From Patescibacteria group bacterium (GTDB lineage: Bacteria; Patescibacteriota; Microgenomatia; JAMCYU01), in contig JAMCYU010000001.1 in the NCBI GenBank assembly GCA_023473585.1, positions 66,507-130,506 on the forward strand: DNA of 64,000 nucleotides, given 5' to 3'. The notes beneath the pieces were generated by a model. The model was not told the origin of the DNA. It ran no database searches and saw nothing but the letters and a program-made list of their open reading frames with translations. The translations under genes and the position numbers were made by a program. Each line of letters starts with the position of its first letter. Position 1 is the stretch's first letter. Shown here piece by piece: positions 9,611 through 19,724 of the stretch.

Positions 9611-10705
9611 TTAGGAGACGAAATAACCACGAAAAAAAAACATTGTTATCAATATTAGCAACAAAAGACTTAAAGATAAAGAGATTATTTTTACTTTTCC
9701 TTCTAACCGACCCAAGATAATCATCAGGGGAAAATTAATCAAAAGGTAGCGCGGTAGAGAAGAAAGGGTCCCCGACAGTGTCGGTGTAAGAAGAACTAAC
9801 CAGCCGAATAAAAGATAAGATAGGGAAATTTGCTTATAATATCTTAACAATAAATAAACCGCTAGGATAAAAACCACAAATTCAAAAACGGCAATTAAAT
9901 AATCATAAGATAATTGCGCTGTCGTAAAAATCTTAAGATATCGATATAAGACTTGCGGCAATAAAATAATCTTTTCGCCGCTTCGACCCGCGCCAAACGC
10001 CGGTTGGACATGGAAAAACATTAAGGGGTCAGCGTAAGTTCGCCAAAGATAAAACATATAGAAAAGAAGTCCCATGGGGCTTATTAAAATTGCCAGGAAT
10101 TTAAGAATTGGCTTCTTTTTTTCTTTCCACCATTCATAGAAAAAAACCGGCAGCAAGAATATTCCCACCAATCTGGTAGCACTGGCTAACCCTGCCAGAA
10201 TCCCCGCCAAGAGCCATTTTTTCTTTGCCAGGTTGTAGATACTGCCTATCGTCAAAAAGAAAAATAAACTTTCCGTATAAACGCCGGCAAAGAAAAAAGA
10301 GGTCGGAAAAACCAAAAGAGAAATGATTACCCATTTGGTCACTTTTAAAGAAAACTCTTGCCCTAACAGTTTGTAGAGAATAATAAGACTCCCTAAAAAG
10401 GAAAAATGAGAAATAAGAAGAGCGCTTAAAAGATAATTACTCCCCAAAAGATTACCAAAAAATCTTATTAATAAAGGGTAGAGAGGGAAAAAGGCCTGCT
10501 CGAATTGAAAATAACCGTTTTGAGCAATGGAAAGATAGTGTTGACCATCCATATTCGCCCACCCCCAAAGTAAGGGATTTTGAAGATAATTTTCCGTTCC
10601 CCCCCCTAGAAAACCAAAACGGACAGGAATGACTAACAGACTTAAAGAGGTTATAACAATTAAAAATATTCTCCAGATGAGAAAACTGACGATAACGAAT
10701 TTCAT
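9611..10705 (-). CDS. PIG-V/GT76-like membrane mannosyltransferase (GT-C)
   Basis: WANMDGQHYLSIAQNGY, AFFPLYP, YTESLF, ATRLVG, SLPRY. Confidence 0.82.
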   Translation of the reverse strand: MKFVIVSFLIWRIFLIVITSLSLLVIPVRFGFLGGGTENYLQNPLLWGWANMDGQHYLSIAQNGYFQFEQAFFPLYPLLIRFFGNLLGSNYLLSALLISHFSFLGSLIILYKLLGQEFSLKVTKWVIISLLVFPTSFFFAGVYTESLFFFLTIGSIYNLAKKKWLLAGILAGLASATRLVGIFLLPVFFYEWWKEKKKPILKFLAILISPMGLLFYMFYLWRTYADPLMFFHVQPAFGAGRSGEKIILLPQVLYRYLKIFTTAQLSYDYLIAVFEFVVFILAVYLLLRYYKQISLSYLLFGWLVLLTPTLSGTLSSLPRYLLINFPLMIILGRLEGKVKIISLSLSLLLLILITMFFFRGYFVS

Positions 10706-12357
10706 CGTTTATTTTTTAGCTTAATATCTTTATAGATAAAGGTAAGTAAAATCATCAACCCAATCAGGCTTACCAAATTTGACGTTTTTCTGATTAAAGT
10801 TTCGGTAAATTTTGCTTCAAGAGTGAGTTTGTCTTTGGGAATCGGTATCTCCATTACCCCCTCCGAAGACATAACCCTGGTTTGTTCTTTCTGATTGAGC
10901 CAAACCTGCCAGCCGGGGTAGTAAGCGATATTGAGCTTAATTAAGCTCTTTTGATTTGCCTCTCCTTCCAAGAAAAGATAATTTGAGGAAGAAATTTCTT
11001 TTTCAAGATTGATTTCTTTTTTAGAAAATTCAACCCTTTCTCTTTTGACTTTTACATACTCATGATTAAGAGTCTTGGCTCTGTATTCATCGAATTGATT
11101 GGTTGTCTGGAGGTTGTTAATATAAACTTCATCATGATTGTAGACATACTGATTAACGCGCAAATGGTTTTTATTGGTATAGAAAGCCAGAGAGATAAAA
11201 AAAATTACCACCAGCCAGACACGCTCTTTTAAGTGCTTGGCCACCAGGGCCGCGCCCAAACTGCCGCTAAAAACAGCCAAACTTAAAAATCTCCAGGGAA
11301 AATCAAAGTAACTGTATTTCGTAATTTGTTCCCAGGCCGGTTTGGAAACTGAAATCATCATGATTATGGAAAAAACAAAACAACCGACAGCAAAAAAACC
11401 CAACCAGTCGATTTTTTTCTGACGGAACCAGGTTATTAAGCTTAGAATCGCCAAAAGAATCATGGCCAGCCATTGAGCAATGCCTACCTGAAACGACATC
11501 TCGTCATTGACCGTTCCCGGAAAGTCAAAACCATAACCCCATTTTGAATAGATTAATTGCTTTAAGGTGACGAAGTGATCCAAAAAATGAGACTGTAATA
11601 TTTGTGTGGCAACCGTAAACTGTTTTTCAAAAATAGCGGGGATCAGATAATACGAAGAAAGGATTATCCCTAAAAACGACCCGGCAATTATTCCCCCAAT
11701 AAAGAGTTTGTTATTTTTGGCCTCTTTCCCTTGAAGTAAAACCCAAAAGAAGAGAGGCAAAGCAAAAATAATAAGAACCATTAAGTGAGAGAGAATTACT
11801 CCGGCTAGTCCCAAACTTACTAAAATTATTCCCTTCGTTGTTTCTCGTTTTTCCCTGACTTTCCATATCCCCCAAAACACTAAGGGTATAAATATAAAAG
11901 CTGTTGCTTCTCCCAACGAAGCTCTGACAAAAATATTGGAAAACCGGTAAGGCGCCCAAAGATAAAGGACCGAACCTAATAATCCCGGAAAAAGCCCCAG
12001 CATTTCTTTGAGCCATAAATACATGAAAATTCCAGATAATAAATAACCAATAATAAAAACTCCTTTTATGGCGTCGGTCAGTGACAATCCTACTTTCAGA
12101 AGAGGAATCCCGATAAACCATGGGGATTGATAAGAAAAAATGAAGAGCGGATAACCATAACCATTATCAGCCGTCCCGGCCCAACGAGGAGGAACCTGGC
12201 CGTCCTTTAAGGCCTGATTAAAATGATAAAGCCTGATAACCTGATGCTCGCCATCATGACTGGTATAAAAACCACTGTGAAATAAAGCTTTCACCCCGAA
12301 AAAACCAATTAAAATAACTAAAAGAAGAAAAACGTTTTTTTTTAAAATATTCATCAT
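10702..12357 (-). CDS. PTPS-related/YfhO-like GT-C membrane protein (paralogue 1 of 3)
   Basis: SHDGEHQ..RL, GQVPPRW, GYGYPLF, FPWRFL, YYPGW. Confidence 0.8.
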   Translation of the reverse strand: MMNILKKNVFLLLVILIGFFGVKALFHSGFYTSHDGEHQVIRLYHFNQALKDGQVPPRWAGTADNGYGYPLFIFSYQSPWFIGIPLLKVGLSLTDAIKGVFIIGYLLSGIFMYLWLKEMLGLFPGLLGSVLYLWAPYRFSNIFVRASLGEATAFIFIPLVFWGIWKVREKRETTKGIILVSLGLAGVILSHLMVLIIFALPLFFWVLLQGKEAKNNKLFIGGIIAGSFLGIILSSYYLIPAIFEKQFTVATQILQSHFLDHFVTLKQLIYSKWGYGFDFPGTVNDEMSFQVGIAQWLAMILLAILSLITWFRQKKIDWLGFFAVGCFVFSIIMMISVSKPAWEQITKYSYFDFPWRFLSLAVFSGSLGAALVAKHLKERVWLVVIFFISLAFYTNKNHLRVNQYVYNHDEVYINNLQTTNQFDEYRAKTLNHEYVKVKRERVEFSKKEINLEKEISSSNYLFLEGEANQKSLIKLNIAYYPGWQVWLNQKEQTRVMSSEGVMEIPIPKDKLTLEAKFTETLIRKTSNLVSLIGLMILLTFIYKDIKLKNKR

Positions 12358-12375
12358 CAGGTTCGTGATAAAAAT

Positions 12376-13116
12376 TTACTGACTGAAAATTTTATCTTTG
12401 CTAAAACCCCATTTATTAAGAGTGAAGCGCAAAAGAACGAAAAGTGTTTGCAGTAAAAACTTTGTCCCTTTGATAAATCTGATTGAGGAGCTTTCAGAAA
12501 AATAGCGGACAGGAACGGGAATTTCTCCGACTTTAAACCCCAGGGCAATCGCCGAAGCCATCATTTCCTGGTCAAAAACAAAATCATTGGAAAAACGCTG
12601 GTACGGCACTGTTTCTAGAACTTTTCTACTGTAAGCTCTAAAACCGCTGAAATGCTCGGAGAAATTGACGCCAAGAATAATGTTTTCGATAACGCAAAAA
12701 AACCTGTTAAGAAAATATTTGGTTAACGGCATGCCTCCCCGGAGAGTTTCTTCCCGCGTGCGAATACGAGACCCGAACATTAAGTCGTATTCACCTTGTA
12801 AAATTGGTTCAATAAGAGCTTTGGTTTTAGTTCCATCATACTGATAGTCGGGGTGAAGCATAACGATAACATCGGGATTTTTCTTTAAAGCCTCTCGATA
12901 ACAGGTTTTCTGATTTCCCCCGTAACCTAGATTTTGCGAATGGACAAAAACTTTAAGCCCTAATTTTTGAGCAATAGCTACGGTTCTATCCACGCTTTTA
13001 TCGTCAACAACGATAACCTCGCTGATTATCTCTTTCGGTAAATCCCGGTATGTCTTTTCTATGGTCTTTTCGGCATTAAACGCCGGCATGACAATAATGA
13101 CTTTAGATTTTCTCAT
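12376..13116 (-). CDS. GT2, polyprenol-phosphate sugar synthase-like (DPM1 type)
   Basis: VMPAFN, VDDKSVD, NLGYGGNQK, HPDYQY, GSR, SGFRAY. Confidence 0.9.
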   Translation of the reverse strand: MRKSKVIIVMPAFNAEKTIEKTYRDLPKEIISEVIVVDDKSVDRTVAIAQKLGLKVFVHSQNLGYGGNQKTCYREALKKNPDVIVMLHPDYQYDGTKTKALIEPILQGEYDLMFGSRIRTREETLRGGMPLTKYFLNRFFCVIENIILGVNFSEHFSGFRAYSRKVLETVPYQRFSNDFVFDQEMMASAIALGFKVGEIPVPVRYFSESSSIRFIKGTKFLLQTLFVLLRFTLNKWGFSKDKIFSQ

Positions 13117-14167
13117 AGATTTTTTTATAAATTCGCATCGTTTCTTTTGTTGTTTTTTCCCAACTGAATTTGCTTGCCTGGATTAACCCCTTTTCCACCA
13201 AAAGATTTCTTTCTTTAGTATCTTTTACCACTTTTTCTATTGCTTTGGCAAGATTTTCTCTGTCATAGGGATCAACCAAAATGGCCGCCTCACCGCAAAT
13301 CTCCGGTAGGCTGGATGTTTTGGAGGCAACTACCGGTGTCCCACAGGCCATGGCTTCCAAAACCGGTAAACCAAAACCTTCGTAAATTGAAGGCATGACA
13401 AAAACAGTCGCCAAATTATACAAAACCACTAAATCTTCTGTTGGCACAAAACCTAATCTTAAAATCCGAGTGTTGTTTTTGGCCAAGGTTTGGACTTTAA
13501 CTAAATCCTGATTCCAGACGTTATCTTTATCATAATTATCCGCCGTCAGGGCCTTACCCACCAAAACCAACGGAAAGTCTAGCGTCTTAACCGCCTCGAG
13601 CAATCGCGGTAAGTTTTTGTTCCAGGTTACGTCACCCACATAAAGGACAAATTCTTTTGGTAATTTGTATTTTTCTCTAATCCTGTCTAGTAAAAGGGTG
13701 TCTTTAATTTGTCTAAATTCAGCCGCCGGAGCAAGATAAACCACATGAACCTTTTCTTTGGGAAAACCAGTCAAACGAACGATGTCTTGTTTTGAGTTTT
13801 CCGAATCGGTAATAATCGCTTCGGCTTTCTTTAATAAACATTTCTGAACTCCCCATTTTAATCTGCCTCTTATCCCCGAAGGAAAATACTGGGGAAAAAC
13901 CAAGGGAGTCAGATCATGAACCGTGACGACGGTTTTTTTTCCTTTAAAAATCGGTAGGCTTAAAAAAAATGGCTCAAAATAAGGATAATGAATTAAATCA
14001 ACGTCTTGAGGTAATTTTTCTTTGCGAGTAAAAAAAAGATATTGATTTTGCGGAAAGTATGTTTCTAATGACTTTTTCAGGTTTTCTATATAAAAACCAG
14101 TCCCTCTGACCCTATGCCATAAAACTCTTTCTTCTTTGAGAGGCGTAATATCAATGGCAATTTTCAT
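13103..14167 (-). CDS. Glycosyltransferase family 4 (MtfB/WbpY-like)
   Basis: TVHDL, KNL, PSIYEGFGLPVLEAMACGTPV, FSWEK. Confidence 0.93.
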   Translation of the reverse strand: MKIAIDITPLKEERVLWHRVRGTGFYIENLKKSLETYFPQNQYLFFTRKEKLPQDVDLIHYPYFEPFFLSLPIFKGKKTVVTVHDLTPLVFPQYFPSGIRGRLKWGVQKCLLKKAEAIITDSENSKQDIVRLTGFPKEKVHVVYLAPAAEFRQIKDTLLLDRIREKYKLPKEFVLYVGDVTWNKNLPRLLEAVKTLDFPLVLVGKALTADNYDKDNVWNQDLVKVQTLAKNNTRILRLGFVPTEDLVVLYNLATVFVMPSIYEGFGLPVLEAMACGTPVVASKTSSLPEICGEAAILVDPYDRENLAKAIEKVVKDTKERNLLVEKGLIQASKFSWEKTTKETMRIYKKIYEKI

Positions 14168-14943
14168 TTTTTAAAAAAATAAATTTTAAGATATTTTAGA
14201 TAGCCGACTGGAAATCTCAGAGCCGAAAAGAAGGAAAAAACAAAACCCTGCCAAGAATCCACAAATCCCTTATGACGAAGATAGGTTAACAAAAACCACC
14301 AGGTTGGTTTGATAAAAAGAAATTTAAGGCTCTCGTAAAATTTAGAAACCGCATCTTTTTGTGCAGATTCTTGTTTCAATTCACTGGCCATCAGATCTGT
14401 ATAGCGATCCCAGCGTCTTAAATATCGACGAAAACTTGTATCGGCCATATGAATCAGGGGATTTTTGAGATAACCTACTTCGCCCTCCACCACGGCTTGC
14501 TCATGGACACTTTGACAAGGCAGTTTCCCTTTCCCCTTTCGGAAAAGCCGTAAAGTATAATCCGGATACTGACCACCTTTGGTTAAGAATCTTCCCAAAA
14601 ACCAATTCTTACGAGGAATCCAATAGCCGTTGGCAGATAATGGATTATTGATCGCTGATCGTATTTCTTCCTTAAGCTCCGGTGTCACCCGCTCGTCAGC
14701 ATCTAACTGTAAAATCCAATCACCCAAAGCCAAATCAATAGCTTTTTGTTTATTAAGATGAAAGATCGGCGGGTTATCGGCAACAATAACTTTTGCGCCG
14801 TATTTCTTGGCAATTTCCACGGTTCTATCCGAGGATCTTCCGTCGACAATAACAATCTCGTCAGCGATATCTTTTATAAGATTAAGGCATGATCCAAGAT
14901 TTTTTTCCTCATTGTATGTTGCTAACACTACTGACAGTTTCAT
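14164..14943 (-). CDS. GT2, beta-1,4-glucosyltransferase-like (KdtX/WaaE type; paralogue 1 of 3)
   Basis: NEEKN, LDADERVTPEL, YPDYTLRLF, VHE. Confidence 0.9.
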   Translation of the reverse strand: MKLSVVLATYNEEKNLGSCLNLIKDIADEIVIVDGRSSDRTVEIAKKYGAKVIVADNPPIFHLNKQKAIDLALGDWILQLDADERVTPELKEEIRSAINNPLSANGYWIPRKNWFLGRFLTKGGQYPDYTLRLFRKGKGKLPCQSVHEQAVVEGEVGYLKNPLIHMADTSFRRYLRRWDRYTDLMASELKQESAQKDAVSKFYESLKFLFIKPTWWFLLTYLRHKGFVDSWQGFVFSFFSALRFPVGYLKYLKIYFFKK

Positions 14944-14954
14944 CTTTCTCCTTT

Positions 14955-16562
14955 TTACATGCCGGCAATTTTTATGGCTTCGGTGCCGTCAAGATAATAA
15001 ATGGTTTTAAAGGCTTTTTCTGATAGTTCTCTTTGGGTTCCAACTAAAAGCGTTCTCGGAGGGAATTTCTCATTATCGGCAATCGGTCTAAATTCAAACT
15101 TGGCAAATTTATTTCTATGGTCGGCAAAACCTCCGGTAGCGGTTCCACCCTCCCTAAGATATTTTTGAGGATCATATTTAAGGTAAAAAAGGAAAAACAT
15201 ATTGGGTTGTTCAAGTTTCGTGGAAACGATAATCTTGTCGTAATGATCATAAACTTTTTTAACTTCCTCAACGGCCTCTTGATAGCCGTACTGCCAGTAT
15301 TGAGAGGTTTCAATTGGTAAATGAACGTAGTATTGATGAAAATAATAAAAAATATTAAAAGGAATAAAAAATAAAAACGGCACAATCAATAATTTCTTAA
15401 GTAAACCAAGAGAGGGGAATTTTTTTAAAGCTGCCAATAAACCATAGGCAATCATTATTTGGAAAGTCGGTAAAAAAGTTAAGGTCCTTACGGCATGAGG
15501 CAATTCTGTCGTCGGGGAAGCAGCGACGGGCGCCATCAAAAACCACCAAAAGATGATTTTCCTCGCCTCCTTTTCCTTAAAAGCTATTTGATAAATCCCT
15601 ACAAAAAGAAACGGCAGTTCCCATAAATATAAAATTCCTAATCCCGGCGCGTGGTGCCGAGGAATATCACCGTCTAAAAACAACCATTTCAAATCAAAAT
15701 GTCGTAAGTATCCGTCGATCACAACCAAAGCGTAAGTTAATCTTCGATTATGGATTAAATTGACAAAAGGAAACCCGTTTTTCTGATCATCTTCAATTTT
15801 AATGATATCTCTTCTTAAAACCCCTGTTTGGTCAGCCAAAGCGCTTACCCCCTTAAGCCTTAATCTTCCCTCGGGAGAAAGAAGGGTTAATCCCAAGGGA
15901 ATCGTTATAATCAGTAAGAGCAATCCAAAAGTCATAGCCCATTTTTTGTTTTTGAAAAGATTAATTCTGAAGAAAAAAACCAAACCCATGATCAAAAGTG
16001 GCGTAAAAACCCGGGCACTATGATAAGTATAGGGTGCTAAAGCAAAAGAAATGGCTGAAAGCACCCATAATTTTGGCCGAGTTAATCCTTCCAGAAAAAG
16101 CCAAACACCGGCAACATTAAAAAACAAAGCGGCATTGGTTTCAAAAGCGACACGCGAAAACTGTAGGTGCCATGGCGAAATGGCTAAAAGCAGGGCGCTT
16201 AAAAAAGCCAGGTTTTTATTTTTAAACAATCTCCTGACTAAAAGATAGGTGATAATAACTGTCAATGTCCCTAAAACAACCGAAGGAAATCTGACGGCAA
16301 AAGTATTCAAACCAAAAACCGCAACCGAAGGAATAGTTAAATAAATATAAACAGGCGGCTTATAATCGTCAAAAGACCTAAAAACAATAGGCAGGAATTT
16401 TCCGTATTCGTCTTTACCGGTCTTTAAAATTGAATAGGCATTGTAACCTAAGGCCGCTTCGTCCCAATCGGGACTTGGAGGAATGACCCCCAATTTATAG
16501 ACTCTTAGGCTAAAAGCCAAAATTAGTAAAAAAACGATCAGCAGTAATTCTTTAATTTTCAT
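14955..16562 (-). CDS. PMT_2/ArnT-like (GT39/GT83) GT-C glycosyltransferase
   Basis: WDE after TM1, DYKPP, RFPS, ISPWHLQFSR; tandem paralogue of the next gene. Confidence 0.85.
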   Translation of the reverse strand: MKIKELLLIVFLLILAFSLRVYKLGVIPPSPDWDEAALGYNAYSILKTGKDEYGKFLPIVFRSFDDYKPPVYIYLTIPSVAVFGLNTFAVRFPSVVLGTLTVIITYLLVRRLFKNKNLAFLSALLLAISPWHLQFSRVAFETNAALFFNVAGVWLFLEGLTRPKLWVLSAISFALAPYTYHSARVFTPLLIMGLVFFFRINLFKNKKWAMTFGLLLLIITIPLGLTLLSPEGRLRLKGVSALADQTGVLRRDIIKIEDDQKNGFPFVNLIHNRRLTYALVVIDGYLRHFDLKWLFLDGDIPRHHAPGLGILYLWELPFLFVGIYQIAFKEKEARKIIFWWFLMAPVAASPTTELPHAVRTLTFLPTFQIMIAYGLLAALKKFPSLGLLKKLLIVPFLFFIPFNIFYYFHQYYVHLPIETSQYWQYGYQEAVEEVKKVYDHYDKIIVSTKLEQPNMFFLFYLKYDPQKYLREGGTATGGFADHRNKFAKFEFRPIADNEKFPPRTLLVGTQRELSEKAFKTIYYLDGTEAIKIAGM

Positions 16563-18189
16563 AAACTCTTAAAATAATTTTCCCGTCTGGCAAAAAAATG
16601 TCTTTTAAGGGTTTTTTATCTTGAGGCAGATCTTGTGACGAGACGACAGAAAGAGTTTTTTTGTCTCTATCGGTTTGAAGAAGATCCAACCCTCCGAAAA
16701 CGTATTTGTCAAAACTTTTAACGTTAACAAAGCCGAAAGCATTACGTTCGACAACGGCTGTTTGCCGAAACTTAAGCGGTGAATATTTTTTATAAAAAAG
16801 AAAATAAATGTAAGGTCGGCCCAAATTATCCGTAAAGGTAATCCGCTCGTAATTTTCATACTGGCTATTTAGATAACCAATCGCTTCTTTATAACCATAC
16901 TGCCACTCGCTGGCAAACTCCTTCGGGTAATGAACATAATAATGATGGAGATACCAAAAGAAGTTTAAAACCAAAACTATTCCCAGAATGACCGCTCCCC
17001 CTTTCTTTAGAGTCTTGTTTTTACACCACAGGAAAAGTTCCAGCCAACCTATGGCGAGAATAATTTGCCAGGTAGGCAGGGTCTGCAAAATTCGCAAGGC
17101 ATGAGGTGTCTCCCGAGCCGTCGCGGCCGGAATAAGACCGACCAGCAACCAAAGAAAAATTAATTTCGCCTGTTTTGGATATTTTTTAAGCAAAAAGAAC
17201 AAACCGGCGATAAAGAAAGGCAAATCGATTAAATAAAGATGACCAACGTCTTGAATAGAAAACTTAGGATTTATATCTCCATGAAGAAATAAAAAGTTTA
17301 GATTAAGGTTATCGGTATAATGTCTTAAAAACTCTGTCGTAAACATCCATCTTCGATTGTGGAGAATTCGCGACCACCAACTGTCTTGATCTATGGCTAT
17401 CCTGGAATTGCTTAACTCTATCGGCTTAAGGTCAGAAAAAATATTCACTTCTCTGAACCTAAGATTAGCCTGAGGAGAAATAAGATGGGGAACAATAGGT
17501 AAAAGTAACAGTAAAAAGAAAATGGCAAAGAAGAGACTCTGCTTCCAAAGTTTTTTTCCTTCTTTAAAGAAGAGGAGAACTAGTCCAGCCAAAAAAATAG
17601 GCACGAAGGCCCGGGTGCTGTTAAAAGTATAAAAAGTAGCGGCAAAAGGCAACGCCGATAAAAATAAGCTTATTTTCCCCCCGTTTAAACCACGAAGAAA
17701 AAGATAGACACCTAAAACGACCAAAAAAAGGCCTAAATTGGCTTCAAAAGCAACTCTGGACATCTGCAGATGCCAGGGAGAAATGGCCATAAAGAAAGAA
17801 GTCAGTAAAGCCAGGATCTTTTTATTTTTATTTTTGAAAAACATTTCCTCAACCAAATAATATGACAAAAGTACCGTTAATGTTCCGAAGAAAGCGGAGG
17901 GAAATCTGGTAGAGAATTCGTTTAAGCCCCAAATTTTAACCGGGATGACGGCCATATAGGTATAAAGAACAGGCTTAAAGTCACCAAAAGACTCCAAATA
18001 ATCCAAAGGAAGAAATCGCCCAAATTCGTCTTTACCGGTCGTTCCCAAGCTATAAGCGTTATAACCTTGGGCAACTTCATCCCAAGACAACGCCGGCGGA
18101 ATTTCCCCAAGTTTGAAAAATCTTAGGATTCCCGCTAAGATAAGTATCAGTAAGAGTAAAATCCGGGGTGAGGTAATTATTTTTTTCAT
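16552..18189 (-). CDS. PMT_2/ArnT-like (GT39/GT83) GT-C glycosyltransferase
   Basis: WDE, DFKP, RFPS, ISPWHLQMSR, PHALR, WQYGY. Confidence 0.85.
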   Translation of the reverse strand: MKKIITSPRILLLLILILAGILRFFKLGEIPPALSWDEVAQGYNAYSLGTTGKDEFGRFLPLDYLESFGDFKPVLYTYMAVIPVKIWGLNEFSTRFPSAFFGTLTVLLSYYLVEEMFFKNKNKKILALLTSFFMAISPWHLQMSRVAFEANLGLFLVVLGVYLFLRGLNGGKISLFLSALPFAATFYTFNSTRAFVPIFLAGLVLLFFKEGKKLWKQSLFFAIFFLLLLLPIVPHLISPQANLRFREVNIFSDLKPIELSNSRIAIDQDSWWSRILHNRRWMFTTEFLRHYTDNLNLNFLFLHGDINPKFSIQDVGHLYLIDLPFFIAGLFFLLKKYPKQAKLIFLWLLVGLIPAATARETPHALRILQTLPTWQIILAIGWLELFLWCKNKTLKKGGAVILGIVLVLNFFWYLHHYYVHYPKEFASEWQYGYKEAIGYLNSQYENYERITFTDNLGRPYIYFLFYKKYSPLKFRQTAVVERNAFGFVNVKSFDKYVFGGLDLLQTDRDKKTLSVVSSQDLPQDKKPLKDIFLPDGKIILRVYEN

Positions 18190-19724
18190 ATGGAAAATTT
18201 CATTAGCTTTATTCCCTCAAGCTGCCAAACCTCAAGTTCCTGCAACTTGTCTTTTCTAATAAAAAGAGGGGTATCATTATTTTCTCTTTTCACCCGTATA
18301 TAATCATACTGCCATTTTTTAAACAAATCCATATTTTGTTCGTCATATAAAAATTCGGGGGGAGATTTTTCCCAATACTCATAAAGTTCTTTTTTATATT
18401 TCGGGTTAATAAAAAGATAAACATATAAAAACCTGCTTGCGTGCGGAAGACCAGATTGCCAGTAAATCAGCTGCTCGGCCGGTAGAACCATCAATTTGTC
18501 ACCTGGCTTTGATAAAATCTTAATTGTTTGACCAAAATCATAAAGTCTGGAAAAATTAACATACCAATCTGTTTCCCGATTAGTTTTTCGATAATAGTCG
18601 TTAATTAAAAAAGAACCAAAGCGCCAAAAGCCCACGACACAAATTAAAACCAAGACATAAGAGACAAGGTTTTTCCGCATCATTTTTTTACCGACATTGT
18701 CATTTGGCAAAGAGAATAGTTGCCATATCGTCAGCCATAAAAAAAGTCCCAGCCATGGAAGCCCATGAAAACCGCCATAGAAGGTTGCCTCGGGATCAGT
18801 AATCCTTAAATTCGCTAGTCCCAGAAAAACAAAACCGGCAAAAAGAGTCTTGCGGAGTTCCTTTTTGGTTACGAATAAAAGAAAGAAGGAAAAGAGATAG
18901 ACGATTGATAGTCCTTTTTGAAAAACTAACCAGTCAGACATTCCCCTTAGCCTCATTATTTCTGCTGGCCTTAAGACTGAATTCAGAATCATTTTCCCTG
19001 GACCGCCGACACTGTTGCCTGTCAAGTATATAGATGAAATCGCATTTTTAGTGTTTACCAAATATTCCCGGTAATCAACAAAAAAACCGATCGTGACGAA
19101 AAAGATGAGTCCCAAGAAAACCGTAAAAAAGAAAAAATAGCGTTTTTTCTTCGTGATCATGAGTGTCGTCGTTAAGGCCGCCACAACTAAAGGAATAAGC
19201 GTAAATTGCAGGAAAATTATTAAAATTGAGCTTAGCGAAATCAAAGACAAATCCAGATGACTGCATAGGGTTTTCTTTTTTATAATTTTAATAAGTAACC
19301 CGATTAAAAGAACGAGGGGAAATAAAATTAACGATTCGGACAGAAATAAATTTCCTAATAAAAATTGTTTAACAATTTCGACAGACAGACTAAAAATTAA
19401 ACCCACGCTTCCAAAGGCTAAAATTAAAATAACGCTCCAAATAAAAGAATAAAAATAAACGAATTCCCGATGGCGTTTTATAAGAAGATAAAGACTATTG
19501 GGACGTTGGATTTTTTGCTCCGCCATGCTTATTACCGCCGGAAGGGGCTGCTTATGGGAAAAAATATCGCTGTATAATTTTTCGCCTTTAGTCATGTAGT
19601 AACCGGCAACGATATTTTCGTCTTCGTCAACAAAATGAAAATTAAAAATATGAGACTGAAAAGCACGCCAGCTTATGATTGTAAACAAGAAAAAAATAGT
19701 TAAGAAAAATACTTTTTTAATCAT
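18186..19724 (-). CDS. Putative GT-C polytopic membrane protein
   Basis: VDEDEN after TM1, LYSDIFSHKQP, many TM helices, soluble C-domain. Start moved to ATG 19724. Confidence 0.65.
   Translation of the reverse strand: MIKKVFFLTIFFLFTIISWRAFQSHIFNFHFVDEDENIVAGYYMTKGEKLYSDIFSHKQPLPAVISMAEQKIQRPNSLYLLIKRHREFVYFYSFIWSVILILAFGSVGLIFSLSVEIVKQFLLGNLFLSESLILFPLVLLIGLLIKIIKKKTLCSHLDLSLISLSSILIIFLQFTLIPLVVAALTTTLMITKKKRYFFFFTVFLGLIFFVTIGFFVDYREYLVNTKNAISSIYLTGNSVGGPGKMILNSVLRPAEIMRLRGMSDWLVFQKGLSIVYLFSFFLLFVTKKELRKTLFAGFVFLGLANLRITDPEATFYGGFHGLPWLGLFLWLTIWQLFSLPNDNVGKKMMRKNLVSYVLVLICVVGFWRFGSFLINDYYRKTNRETDWYVNFSRLYDFGQTIKILSKPGDKLMVLPAEQLIYWQSGLPHASRFLYVYLFINPKYKKELYEYWEKSPPEFLYDEQNMDLFKKWQYDYIRVKRENNDTPLFIRKDKLQELEVWQLEGIKLMKFSI

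Noticed and set aside
9632-9640. A/T homopolymers of 8-9 nt as phase-variation tracts
   Set aside because: They are very common in these AT-rich Phe/Lys-rich genes, and all frames are intact.
10702-12357. Reading 'PTPS-related' proteins as pterin biosynthesis enzymes
   Set aside because: They are polytopic membrane proteins with GT-C/YfhO features and no T-fold PTPS motifs.
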